Assembly (NCBI RefSeq): GCF_028688795.1 | Contig: NZ_JAQTXM010000014.1 | Coordinates: 48,234-112,233 of the forward strand | Source of the DNA: Rhodoferax sp. | GTDB lineage: Bacteria; Pseudomonadota; Gammaproteobacteria; Burkholderiales; Burkholderiaceae_C | DNA length: 64,000 nucleotides | Reading direction: 5' to 3' | Part shown: positions 24,506-33,725 of the stretch, piece by piece | Layout: each line of letters starts with the position of its first letter | How positions within the stretch are numbered: the stretch's first letter is position 1 | Notes under the pieces: model-generated | Told to the model about the DNA's origin: nothing | Database searches by the model: none | Seen by the model: only the letters and a program-made list of their open reading frames with translations | Position numbers and translations under genes: made by a program

Positions 24506-26085
24506 AGTGATTTCCTTAGCGAAGCCGGCGCAATGCGCAGACCTTCGCGGTATTTCGCCACGGTGCGGCGGGCGCATTCAATGCCTTGTTCTTTGAGCAT
24601 CTCGGCAATCTGGTTGTCACTGAGCGGCTTGGCTGGGCTTTCAGCGCTCACAAACTGCTTGATCAAGGCGCGCACTGCCGTGCTGGACGCGTTACCGCCC
24701 GACTCGGTGCCCAGGCCTGAGCCAAAAAAATACTTCAGCTCGAAGGTGCCAAACGGTGTCGCCATGTATTTGGCCGTGGTGACGCGGCTGATGGTGGACT
24801 CATGCAGGCCCAACTCGTCGGCAATTTCTCGCAATACCAGTGGGCGCATGGCCAGTTCACCATGTACAAAAAAGCTCTTTTGCCGCTCCACAATGGCCGT
24901 GCTGACGCGCAGGATGGTGTCGAACCGCTGCTGGATGTTTTTGATGAACCAGCGCGCCTCTTGCAAGCGCTGCTGCAACGCCGCAAAGTTGGACGCATCG
25001 CTACCGCCGGCTTTGTGACCTTTGAGAGCGTTGGCGTAAATGTCATGCACCCGCAGGCGCGGCATGACCTCAGGGTTCAACCGCACCTGAAACTTGGCCT
25101 GGCCCGCTTGGCCGACCGGCACCACCAGCACATCGGGTACCACGATGTTGCGCTCCACGTCTACAAAACGCCGCCCCGGCTTGGGCTCCAGCCGGCCAAT
25201 CAGGGTGATGGCCGCGCGCACTTGCGCGTCGCTGGCGCCGCACAAAGGCACCAAATGCTTGATGTCACGCCGGGCCAGCAAGTCCATGGGTTGGGCGCAA
25301 ATGCGCAAAGCCACCCGCACGGTGTCAGCTTCAAAGTCGGGGTTGTTTTTGAGAGCTTTCAGCTGCAAGCTCAGACACTCGGCCAAACCGCGTGCGCCCA
25401 CCCCGGTGGGTTCCAGGTTTTGCAGCAGGCGCAAGCCCACCGTGAAGTGGTGCACCAGGTCGTCGATTTGCTCAAGATCATCACCTGCCAGACCACGCGC
25501 CAGATCAGCCAGGTCGTCTTCCAGGTAGCCATCGTCATTGAGCGACTCGATCAAAAACCGCAGTGCGGCATTGTCTTCTGCACTCAGCCTCAACGACAAG
25601 GCCTGGCGGTGCAAAAAGCTTTGCAGCGATTCCTGGTTGCGTGCCAACTCGGTGGCGTCCATCTCGTCGTCGCCACTGAGGTTGTTGCCTTTGGCGCGGG
25701 CTTCACCGCCCCACTCGCCATCATCTGGGCTCAGGCTAACGCTGCCGTCGCCCTCCCAACTCGGGCCATCATCTGCGGTCACCGAGCTTTCTTCAGAACT
25801 ATTTTCGCTTGTAGCCCTTGACTGGTAAGCGTCATCAGCTCCTGAATACGTAGCAGTCTCAAGCTCACGGTCGTTCGCCGTTACCGGCGTGTCGGACTGC
25901 GCCAAGCCAAACGACTCGCGCTCGGCCTCATCTGCCGTACGCTCCAAAAACGGGTTCTCGTCGAGCATCTGATCCACCTCGCTGCTGAGCTCCATGGTGG
26001 AAAGCTGCAGCAAGCGAATGGATTGTTGCAACTGGGGCGTGAGCGCCAGATGCTGCGAGGTGCGAAGGGAAAGACCTTGTTTCAT
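24502..26085 (-). CDS. rpoN: RNA polymerase sigma-54 factor
   Basis: Start MKQGLSLRTSQHLALTPQLQQSIRLLQLSTMELS (ATG 26085), acidic region II, C-terminal RpoN box ARRTVAKYR. Contains diverged repeat copy R in the acidic linker. Confidence 0.95.
   Translation of the reverse strand: MKQGLSLRTSQHLALTPQLQQSIRLLQLSTMELSSEVDQMLDENPFLERTADEAERESFGLAQSDTPVTANDRELETATYSGADDAYQSRATSENSSEESSVTADDGPSWEGDGSVSLSPDDGEWGGEARAKGNNLSGDDEMDATELARNQESLQSFLHRQALSLRLSAEDNAALRFLIESLNDDGYLEDDLADLARGLAGDDLEQIDDLVHHFTVGLRLLQNLEPTGVGARGLAECLSLQLKALKNNPDFEADTVRVALRICAQPMDLLARRDIKHLVPLCGASDAQVRAAITLIGRLEPKPGRRFVDVERNIVVPDVLVVPVGQAGQAKFQVRLNPEVMPRLRVHDIYANALKGHKAGGSDASNFAALQQRLQEARWFIKNIQQRFDTILRVSTAIVERQKSFFVHGELAMRPLVLREIADELGLHESTISRVTTAKYMATPFGTFELKYFFGSGLGTESGGNASSTAVRALIKQFVSAESPAKPLSDNQIAEMLKEQGIECARRTVAKYREGLRIAPASLRKSL
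25794..25854 (-). repeat. Repeat copy R (diverged), sense, inside the acidic linker of rpoN
   Basis: Gene strand: GCTACgtattcaGGAGCTGATGACGCttaccagtcaAGGGCTACAAGCgaaaatagttctg. About 65 % identical to copy L by hand alignment, same frame as the other sense copies. Peptide TATYSGADDAYQSRATSENSS. Confidence 0.5.
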
Positions 26086-26110
26086 GGCGTGACAAGCGTG
26101 GGGGCCATAT

Positions 26111-26923
26111 TTACATACGGAAGTGTTCGCCCAGGTACACCCGGCGCACATCGACGTTGTTGATGATGTCAGCTGGCGTACCTTCGGCCAGCACACTGCC
26201 ATCGCTGATGATGTAGGCGTGGTCGCAAATGCCCAGGGTTTCGCGCACGTTGTGGTCCGTGATCAGCACGCCAATGCCACGCGTTTTCAAAAAATTGATG
26301 ATGCGCTGGATTTCAATCACGGCAATCGGGTCAATGCCAGCAAACGGCTCGTCAAGCAAAATAAAGCGGGGCTGGGTCGCCAGGGCACGGGCAATTTCGA
26401 CCCGCCGGCGCTCGCCGCCCGAGAGGGCCAGCGCGCCAGACTCACGCAAATGCTCCACCCGCAAGTCTTGCAACAAGCCCGTCAGGCGGTGCTCGATCTC
26501 GGCGCTGCCAAGCGGCTTGCCTTGCGCGTCGCGCTGCAGCTCAAGCACAGCGCGCACGTTTTCTTCCACCGTGAGCTTGCGGAAAATCGACGCTTCTTGC
26601 GGCAGGTAACTCAGACCCAGCCGTGAGCGACGGTGAATTGGCATGTGCTCTATCGATTGACCGTCGATGGTGATGTCACCAGCCGTGGCACGCACCAAGC
26701 CCACAATCATGTAAAACGAGGTGGTTTTACCCGCGCCGTTCGGCCCCAGCAACCCCACCACCTCGCCCTTGCGCACGGTCAGGGACACATCTTTGACAAC
26801 CTTACGGCTGCCATAGTTCTTTTGCAAATGATGGGCTTCCAGCCGACTGTCAAGCAGCCCGGCATCGGGGCTCACGGCCTTGCTCTGATCGCGCTCAATG
26901 GCCACTGCGTTGGACGTTGCCAT
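26111..26923 (-). CDS. lptB: LPS export ABC transporter ATP-binding protein LptB
   Basis: Walker [10 protein letters not shown], signature [15 protein letters not shown], Walker [14 protein letters not shown]. Position between lptA and rpoN. Confidence 0.95.
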   Translation of the reverse strand: MATSNAVAIERDQSKAVSPDAGLLDSRLEAHHLQKNYGSRKVVKDVSLTVRKGEVVGLLGPNGAGKTTSFYMIVGLVRATAGDITIDGQSIEHMPIHRRSRLGLSYLPQEASIFRKLTVEENVRAVLELQRDAQGKPLGSAEIEHRLTGLLQDLRVEHLRESGALALSGGERRRVEIARALATQPRFILLDEPFAGIDPIAVIEIQRIINFLKTRGIGVLITDHNVRETLGICDHAYIISDGSVLAEGTPADIINNVDVRRVYLGEHFRM

Positions 26924-27552
26924 CAGCGGGAGGCCCCGCCAAGTTCGGGCGTGGCGCGCAGCGGTTGGCCAGACACCGGTGCCGACGCGCTGGGTTGCGG
27001 TTTGGGTGTCAGCATGGCGCGCACGCGGCCGGCCGGTGCCCCAGGTTGCCCCGCACTGCCCATTGAACCCGCGCCCGGTGCACCATCCAGGGTGAACACC
27101 TCTGTGGTGTTGTTGTAAACAATCACACCGGCATTGAACTCGTCATTCAGCTTGGCACCCTGGTAACGACGCAATTGCGCCCGGGTGATGAACTTCACGG
27201 TATCGGCTTGGCCATCGTATTCAATGCGCTCACCCTCGCCCTCGATGTATTCATCCACCCCTTCGCGCTTTTGCCTGAAAAACGCGAGCTTGCCGGGCTC
27301 GGCAGTGACCAGGCCAAATTGGTTGCCTTGCGGGTCCTGGCGCACTTCAACCTTGCCACCGCGAATCAAAATGCTGCCCTTGGTCAACACCACACGACCC
27401 GTGAACACACTCAGCTGCTTGAGGTCGTCATAACGCAGAGCATCGGCCTCGACATTCATGGGCTTGTCACGGTCGGCCTTTTCAGCCAGCACCCACGGCG
27501 CTGCCAAAGTCAGGACGCCAAGCAAAAGCCAGGGAAGAAAGGGGGTTTTCAT
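26923..27552 (-). CDS. lptA: LPS transport periplasmic protein LptA
   Basis: Signal peptide, OstA-like fold pattern ([39 protein letters not shown]...). 1-nt stop/start overlap with lptB. Confidence 0.85.
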   Translation of the reverse strand: MKTPFLPWLLLGVLTLAAPWVLAEKADRDKPMNVEADALRYDDLKQLSVFTGRVVLTKGSILIRGGKVEVRQDPQGNQFGLVTAEPGKLAFFRQKREGVDEYIEGEGERIEYDGQADTVKFITRAQLRRYQGAKLNDEFNAGVIVYNNTTEVFTLDGAPGAGSMGSAGQPGAPAGRVRAMLTPKPQPSASAPVSGQPLRATPELGGASR

Positions 27553-27627
27553 AAAGGCACGAATCTTGCATTACAGATGTGCCGAATTGTAGCGGGAGAA
27601 CACCCGCTACACGCGCTTCAATCTATC

Positions 27628-28287
27628 TCAGGCCGGGCGACCGCTTCGGACTTGCGCCGCCAAAAACTCAGTCACTTGCAAAGCCCGGTCCATGCTCTTG
27701 GCCAGCGAGCCGTCGGTGTAATAAAGCCCTGCGACACCCATGGCCGGCACACCTTCCAACTGGTAAGCGTTTTGCAACTGAGTGGCGCGGGTCGCCTTGG
27801 TGGAGGTTGAGAACGAATTGAAATTCTCCAAAAACTTGGCCTTGTCAACACCCTGCTTGACCACCCAAGCCGTGATGGCATCCGCACTGGTCAAGTTTTG
27901 CCTGTCGCCGTGAATGGCGGCGAACACGCGTGCATGAAACTTGTCGACCAGCCCCATGGCCTCCAGCGCAAAAAACAGTTTTTGCTGTGGCACAGAGTCG
28001 CTCCTGAAGGCGATGGGCATACGCTTGAAGGCCACATCTTTGGGCAGCGCTTTCGCCCAGCTTGCCAGCACCGGCTCAAACGCATTGCAATGCCCGCAGT
28101 TGTACCAAAAAAACTCAATGACCTCGATTTTCCCAGCGGCGGCCTCGACCGGCGCTGGCTTGTCAAGCTTGATGAAGTCAACGCCAGGCTGTGGCGCCTT
28201 GGCTTGTGCTTGCACCCAGGAAGGCGACAACATGGCTGCAGTCACGGCAACAGACCCTGCGCCTGCAAAAAAATCACGACGTTGCAT
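27628..28287 (-). CDS. dsbA: Thiol:disulfide interchange protein DsbA
   Basis: Tat/Sec-like signal, VIEFFWYNCGHCNAFEP (CxxC), 219 aa. Confidence 0.9.
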   Translation of the reverse strand: MQRRDFFAGAGSVAVTAAMLSPSWVQAQAKAPQPGVDFIKLDKPAPVEAAAGKIEVIEFFWYNCGHCNAFEPVLASWAKALPKDVAFKRMPIAFRSDSVPQQKLFFALEAMGLVDKFHARVFAAIHGDRQNLTSADAITAWVVKQGVDKAKFLENFNSFSTSTKATRATQLQNAYQLEGVPAMGVAGLYYTDGSLAKSMDRALQVTEFLAAQVRSGRPA

Positions 28288-28346
28288 TGTTCAAATCTCC
28301 AAAAAATTGATTGACACCCAGTCAGAGGCCAAGCAGCTCAATAAGT

Positions 28347-29009
28347 TCAGCGCTGCACCCGCACCAAGGCCGTTTCAATGCTCAGGGCGTCCAGCCGGGC
28401 TTTGGACTTGTCGGCCTCTTCGCGCTTGTCAAAAGGCCCGGTACGCACACGGTACACGGTGCGCCCGGCCTGTTCGCGCTCAGACACTTTGGCTTCAATA
28501 CCAGCCAGCGACAGCTTTGCACGCTGGCTTTCGGCGTCTTCCCGCGTGCGAAATGCACCTGCCTGAACAAAATAGGTAAAGGGCTCTGCTGCCGCAGCCG
28601 CGCCGTCTTTGGTCGCCAAACGTGACTTGGCCAAGTCACCCAGAGGGTCGCCAGTGACCGCGGGTTTGAATTCGGGCTTGGCGTCGGCTTTGGCCGAAGG
28701 GGTGACGGGTGAGCTTGCTGGACCAGCAACCGGTGCTGACTCGGACGGCACCGTGGTCTCAGCAGGCAAGACGGGTTTCGCCGGATTCTTGCCGTACAAG
28801 GGCGTATTGGGGTCCCAGTCCTTGTTTTTTTGCAACTCAGAGGCATCCTTCTCAGGCGTATGGTTGCCCATTTTGTTGACAAAAGGCACGGGGACTTTAG
28901 TGATGTACACCGCCACCACCAAGGCCACCCCCAAACCGACCACCAGGCCCACAATAAAACCCAAGAAAGTACCACCGCGTTGCCGCGTTAAGGTCCGACC
29001 ATTCATCAT
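28347..29009 (-). CDS. SPOR-domain cell-division protein (FtsN-like)
   Basis: GAGGAG RBS before ATG 29009. N-terminal TM (GTFLGFIVGLVVGLGVALVVAVYI), Pro/Ala-rich linker, C-terminal SPOR repeat (YFVQAGAFRTREDAESQRAKLSLAGIEAKV...YRVRTGPFDKREEADKSKARL). Confidence 0.8.
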   Translation of the reverse strand: MMNGRTLTRQRGGTFLGFIVGLVVGLGVALVVAVYITKVPVPFVNKMGNHTPEKDASELQKNKDWDPNTPLYGKNPAKPVLPAETTVPSESAPVAGPASSPVTPSAKADAKPEFKPAVTGDPLGDLAKSRLATKDGAAAAAEPFTYFVQAGAFRTREDAESQRAKLSLAGIEAKVSEREQAGRTVYRVRTGPFDKREEADKSKARLDALSIETALVRVQR

Positions 29010-29044
29010 GTTTCCCTTGCTCCTCAAACACCAGATATTCGGAA

Positions 29045-30742
29045 TTACATTTTTTGCGGGGCACTCACGCCCAACACCGCCAGGCCATTGTGCAACACCT
29101 GAGCGGTGGCCAACACCAACGCCAGGCGGGCCAACTTGATCGCTTCGTCGTCCACCAAAATGCGCTCGGCATCGTAGTAGCTGTGGTAGCAGGCGGCGAG
29201 TTCGCGCAGGTAAAAGGTCACATCGTGCGGGGCAAACCCCTGCGCGGCATCACTCAACATGTCAGGGTATTTGGCCAACAACAACATCAGGGCCAGGGCT
29301 TGCGGGCTTTGCAACGGCGACAAGTCGACTTGCGCCAAACTTGCCACATCACCTCCCCAGGCCGCCAACACCGAGCAAATGCGCGCATGTGCGTACTGCA
29401 CGTAATACACCGGGTTATCGTTGTTCTTGGCCACCGCCAAGTCAACATCAAAGGTGTACTCGGTGTCGGGCTTGCGGCTGAGCAAAAAGAAACGCACCGC
29501 GTCCTTGCTGGTCCATTCAATCAAATCGCGCAGCGTCACATAGCTGCCGGCGCGTTTGCTGATCTTGACTTCTTCACCACCCTTGACCACACGCACCATG
29601 GTGTGCAGCACGTAATCAGGAAAACCCTGCGGAATACCCACGTTGGCCGCCTGCAGCCCGGCGCGCACCCGGGCAATGGTGCCGTGGTGGTCGGTGCCCT
29701 GGATGTTGATGATTTTTTGGAAACCGCGCTCCCATTTGGTGATGTGGTAGGCCACATCGGGCACGAAGTAGGTGTAGCTGCCGTCTTGCTTGCGCATGAC
29801 GCGGTCTTTGTCGTCACCGTAGTCGGTGGACTTGAGCCACAGCGCACCATCCTTCTCATAGGTTTTACCAGCCTCTTGCAAGCGTTTGACGGCCGCATCG
29901 ACCTTGCCGCTGGTGTACAAGCTGCTCTCTAAATAGTAATTGTCAAATTTGACGGCAAAGGCCGACAAATCCAAGTCTTGTTCATGACGCAGATAGGCCA
30001 CGGCAAACTCACGAATGCTGTTGAGGTCATTCACATCACCCGAGGCGGTGAATTCACGGTCGTCTGATTTGACGGTTTTTTGGGCCAAAAAATCAGCCGC
30101 AATGTCAGCGATGTACTCGCCGTTGTAGAAGTTTTTGCTGATCGGGTTGTCGGGGTCGGTCGGCCAGCAGGCGTCGCCCGGCTTGAAGCCTTGGGCCCGC
30201 AGCTGTGTGCTGGTGGCCAGTGTCGCAATCTGCACCCCGGCATCGTTGTAATAAAACTCGCGGTAAACATCCCAGCCCTGGGTGGCAAACAGGTTGCAAA
30301 TAGCATCACCCAAAGCGGCCTGGCGGCCATGGCCCACATGCAGTGGGCCGGTCGGGTTGGCCGACACAAATTCCACCAGCATCCGTTTGCCGTTGCTGGC
30401 TTGCGTGCCATAAGCACTGGTTTGCGCCAGCACACTGCGCACCACCTGCTGCTTGGCGGCAGGTTTGAGCTTGATGTTGATAAAGCCCGGGCCAGCAATG
30501 TCCAGGGTCTCGACCCAAGTTTGATACGGGGCTGTTGCGCGCAAGGCGGTGCACAGGCTTTCGGCCAGTTGTCGCGGGTTGAGCTTGAGCGGTTTGGCCA
30601 GTTGCATGGCGGCCGTGGTGGCCAAATCGCCATGCGCGGCCACTTTGGGCGACTCAAAGGCGGCTTTTGCACCCGCACCGGGTTGTAAATCTTCCAGCGC
30701 AGTGCGCAGGGCTTCGAGGAGTTCGGTTTTAACAATCAGCAT
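29045..30742 (-). CDS. argS: Arginine--tRNA ligase
   Basis: [14 protein letters not shown] (HIGH), ...[11 protein letters not shown] (KMSKS-like), 565 aa. The conserved argS / SPOR / dsbA order is seen in beta-proteobacteria. Confidence 0.95.
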   Translation of the reverse strand: MLIVKTELLEALRTALEDLQPGAGAKAAFESPKVAAHGDLATTAAMQLAKPLKLNPRQLAESLCTALRATAPYQTWVETLDIAGPGFINIKLKPAAKQQVVRSVLAQTSAYGTQASNGKRMLVEFVSANPTGPLHVGHGRQAALGDAICNLFATQGWDVYREFYYNDAGVQIATLATSTQLRAQGFKPGDACWPTDPDNPISKNFYNGEYIADIAADFLAQKTVKSDDREFTASGDVNDLNSIREFAVAYLRHEQDLDLSAFAVKFDNYYLESSLYTSGKVDAAVKRLQEAGKTYEKDGALWLKSTDYGDDKDRVMRKQDGSYTYFVPDVAYHITKWERGFQKIINIQGTDHHGTIARVRAGLQAANVGIPQGFPDYVLHTMVRVVKGGEEVKISKRAGSYVTLRDLIEWTSKDAVRFFLLSRKPDTEYTFDVDLAVAKNNDNPVYYVQYAHARICSVLAAWGGDVASLAQVDLSPLQSPQALALMLLLAKYPDMLSDAAQGFAPHDVTFYLRELAACYHSYYDAERILVDDEAIKLARLALVLATAQVLHNGLAVLGVSAPQKM

Positions 30743-30852
30743 CCGGCGATTTTAAGGGGACGGGTTTTCACTGGGCTGTGCGCCACAGTCGGGCATTAAA
30801 CTGAATCGACCGGCCGGCTCCGTCCGCCAGGCCGAAATCAAGAGGAGACCCC

Positions 30853-31389
30853 ATGCGACACCCCATCACCTTTGCGTCAGTTTGCAGCCTTTGCACCGCT
30901 GTGGTCTTGCTGGTGGGCCTGGCCCAAGCACCGGCCATGGCCCAGGCCAAATTTATTCAAACGCCCTACCAGAACCCCAAGGCGCTGGTCGACGTGTTTC
31001 TGGACGATCCGGCCAAACTGGGCTCGGCGCTGTATTGGGTACGCAGTCTGGTGAACCCCCTCACTGAAGCGCCTTACAGCATGTTTTCCGAAGACATGCG
31101 CATCATCGTTTTGCTGCACGGAACCGAAATCGTGACACTGGCTAAGAAAAATGAAGCACGCTACACCGAGTTGGTACAACGAATGCGTTATTACGCCGAC
31201 ATGGGTGTCAAGTTCAAGGTGTGCGGCCTGGCCATGCAGGACTACCAGTACACCGCGGCCGACATGCACGATTTTGTAGAAATAGCGCCATCAGCCATCA
31301 CTGAATTGATGCACTGGCAGAACCAAGGTTACGCCCTGATCACGCCCCAAGTGCATGAAAAGAAATTTGCCATCGAGAACATTCGGTAA
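30853..31389 (+). CDS. Secreted DsrE/DsrF-like family protein
   Basis: Signal peptide ending AMAQA; IIVLLHGTEIVTL and GVKFKVCGLAMQ resemble the DsrE/F-like fold family. Weak call. Confidence 0.55.
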   Translation: MRHPITFASVCSLCTAVVLLVGLAQAPAMAQAKFIQTPYQNPKALVDVFLDDPAKLGSALYWVRSLVNPLTEAPYSMFSEDMRIIVLLHGTEIVTLAKKNEARYTELVQRMRYYADMGVKFKVCGLAMQDYQYTAADMHDFVEIAPSAITELMHWQNQGYALITPQVHEKKFAIENIR

Positions 31390-31449
31390 AACAAGCAAAA
31401 AAATCCTGAGAATTTTGGCCAGCCGGTCGACGCAGGGTTTTCTTTTGGC

Positions 31450-32493
31450 ATGATGCAGCCCATGTTGACACGTCAAACCCTGCCCCCCTCAATCTCCTGT
31501 GTGATCCCGGCCTATAACGAAGCGCGCAGCTTGGGCACGCTGGTGCCCGAGATTTTGACGGCATTGCAGCGCCTGAGCCCGCAAGTGGAACTGATCATCG
31601 TGGACGATGGCAGCCGTGACGACACTTCCGCCGTCATGCAAACACTGTGCGCCAGCCACCCGCAGGTGCTGTACCTGAAGCTGTCGCGCAATTTTGGCAA
31701 AGAGCCAGCACTCACCGCCGGCATTGAGGCGGCACAGGGCGACGTGGTGGTGCTGATGGACGGCGACGGCCAGCACCCGGTATCACTGGTGCCTGAGATG
31801 CTGGCCAAATGGCGCGCCGGTGCCGATGTGGTTTACGCCATTCGCAAAACGCGGCTCGACCAGTCTGGCCTGCAGATCAAGCTCACCGCCTGGTTTTACA
31901 AACTGGTGAACCTGGGTAACCGGGTGAAGATTCCGGCCAACGCGGGCGACTTTCGGCTGATGGACCGCCAGGTGGTGGACGCGCTCAAGCGCCTGACCGA
32001 GCGCAACCGCTTCATGAAAGGCTTGTATGCCTGGGTCGGGTTCAATAGCACGGCCATTGATTACGAGCCGCTGCCCCGCACCGATGGCAAAAGCAACTTT
32101 GGCCTGCGCGGATCGCTGTCGCTGGCCTTCACCGGTATTTTGGCGTTCTCGATAGCCCCGCTGCGTGCCTTGACTGTGACGGGTTTCATGCTCTCCATGA
32201 TCGCGCTGGGTTATGGTTTCTGGGTGGTGGGTGAGTATTTCATCACCGGCATCAAGGTGCCAGGCTACGCCACCATCGTGGTCGGCATGATGTTTTTCAG
32301 CGGCATCCAGCTGCTGTCTATCGGCATTTTGGCCGAGTACGTGGGACGCATCTACGAAGAGGTCAAGCAGCGACCCAATTATTTGGTAAGTCAGCGCTTG
32401 GGCCGGGGGCTGCCAACGACACCGAGCGCAGCAGCGGGCGGCTCGCCTGACGCGTTGCCGTTGCCGCAGGCCTACCCGTCCAGCCAGGCGTGA
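31450..32493 (+). CDS. GT2 polyprenyl-phosphate glycosyltransferase (ArnC/GtrB/HpnI-like)
   Basis: SCVIPAYNEA, IVDDGSRDDT, LMDGDGQHP, two C-terminal TM helices. Confidence 0.9.
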   Translation: MMQPMLTRQTLPPSISCVIPAYNEARSLGTLVPEILTALQRLSPQVELIIVDDGSRDDTSAVMQTLCASHPQVLYLKLSRNFGKEPALTAGIEAAQGDVVVLMDGDGQHPVSLVPEMLAKWRAGADVVYAIRKTRLDQSGLQIKLTAWFYKLVNLGNRVKIPANAGDFRLMDRQVVDALKRLTERNRFMKGLYAWVGFNSTAIDYEPLPRTDGKSNFGLRGSLSLAFTGILAFSIAPLRALTVTGFMLSMIALGYGFWVVGEYFITGIKVPGYATIVVGMMFFSGIQLLSIGILAEYVGRIYEEVKQRPNYLVSQRLGRGLPTTPSAAAGGSPDALPLPQAYPSSQA

Positions 32494-32858
32494 GCGCCTC
32501 CACTTTCTGGTTTCTGGCGGTAGGTGGCGGGGCAGCTGCCACCCACATGGCGGTGTTTGCGCTGGCCCAAGCCCACATGTGGCCCGAGTTGGCCAATGCA
32601 CTGGGCTTCTGCGTGGCGTTTTTTGTCAGCTTTGCCGGCCACCGTTTGCTGAGCTTCAAGGATGCAGGCACCACGGTAGCCACCAGCTTCAAGCGCTTTA
32701 TGGTGACGGCCCTGGCCGGTTTTGCCAGCAACGAGTTGGTGTTTGTGATGCTGCTGCGTGGCCTTGAATTGCCCAGCCTGCTGGCGCTGTTTGTGGCGCT
32801 GCTGTTTGCCGCCGGGCAGACCTTTGTGCTGAGCCGATTCTGGGCGTTTCGGCGCTGA
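32490..32858 (+). CDS. GtrA-family small membrane protein
   Basis: About 120 aa, four TM helices; FLAVGGGAAATHMAVF...FAGHRLLSFKD pattern. GTGA start/stop overlap with the GT2 gene. Confidence 0.85.
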   Translation: MSASTFWFLAVGGGAAATHMAVFALAQAHMWPELANALGFCVAFFVSFAGHRLLSFKDAGTTVATSFKRFMVTALAGFASNELVFVMLLRGLELPSLLALFVALLFAAGQTFVLSRFWAFRR

Positions 32859-32864
32859 CAGAAC

Positions 32865-33725
32865 TCAGGTGGCCTGAACCAAAGCGTCACGTCCCCGCAG
32901 CACCGTCACATGCGCTTGCTGCAAGGCATCGGCAAACGCGCTGCTGGCCAGGTAGGCAAACTCCTGCACACGTGCCACACCAATCTCATCGTCGGGCTCA
33001 GCGGCTTGCGCGGGGTGACACATCAGGATGGCGCCCGCCGGTGCGCGCGCCAGCCAGCCCGTCATCAATGCGGCGTAACGCTGCGGGCCACCCTCAAAGT
33101 TATATATGCCAAATAGGCCTCTAGAACTTATTAAATAAGCGCAAGCAGCTATTGATTCAAGAGCATTCGCACCCATGCCGGCAATCACCCGACTCTTCAG
33201 GTCGGCCATGCCCGGCGGCGCACGGGAGATGCGCAGATAAGGCTTGGTGCCTTGCGTGCCATAACGGCGCAGCAGCACTGCCACCAGCGCGTCGCGAATG
33301 CCGGCAAACTGCTGCACATGCTGGTGACCATCGACAAAGTCAGGCGGCGCTTGCCACTGAGCCTCAAACAGGTCGAGTTGATGGTCAATCACGTCGTGCG
33401 CCCGCGCCTCATCGAACCCGCCAAGCAGCGCACGACGCATGGCGCGCCCCAATGGCATGCCATGGCCCGCGGCGATGGCAAACGCGCTGGTCCAGTCCAG
33501 GTGCAGACCGACATCGATCTGCCCGCGCAATCCCTGCAGCAGGGCCACATCTTGCGCCCAGCGTGGCGACAACACCATGGCGCTGGTGGCACTCAGGCGC
33601 CCCAACTGTGCCAATTTGGCAATGCCCATGGAGGCGCTGGCGTTGACGGCAAAGTCGTCGGCGCAGACGATGATGCCGCGCACGTCAGCATCTTTGCCTG
33701 CCGCGACTTGCCCGGTTTCAACCAT
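32865..33725 (-). CDS. YdjC/ChbG/HpnK/NaxD-family carbohydrate deacetylase
   Basis: Start moved to MVETGQVAAGKDADVRGIIVCADDFAVNASASMGI (ATG 33725, overlapping the LysR stop). DDFG-like motif CADDFA, later HLDWT and VDGHQHVQ. Contains repeat copy E. Confidence 0.8.
   Translation of the reverse strand: MVETGQVAAGKDADVRGIIVCADDFAVNASASMGIAKLAQLGRLSATSAMVLSPRWAQDVALLQGLRGQIDVGLHLDWTSAFAIAAGHGMPLGRAMRRALLGGFDEARAHDVIDHQLDLFEAQWQAPPDFVDGHQHVQQFAGIRDALVAVLLRRYGTQGTKPYLRISRAPPGMADLKSRVIAGMGANALESIAACAYLISSRGLFGIYNFEGGPQRYAALMTGWLARAPAGAILMCHPAQAAEPDDEIGVARVQEFAYLASSAFADALQQAHVTVLRGRDALVQAT
33097..33164 (-). repeat. Repeat copy E, sense, inside the YdjC-type deacetylase gene
   Basis: Gene strand: GCTCttgaatcaATAGCTGCTTGCGCttatttaataagtTCTAGAGGCCtatttggcatatataac. 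Peptide NALESIAACAYLISSRGLFGIYN. Confidence 0.9.

Noticed and set aside
29918-29975. AT-richer patch in argS with GCTGCTCTC ... TTGACGG ... AAGGCC resembling the repeat
   Set aside because: Spacing does not fit the unit. The encoded peptide ([16 protein letters not shown]) is a conserved ArgS block, so native coding sequence explains it.
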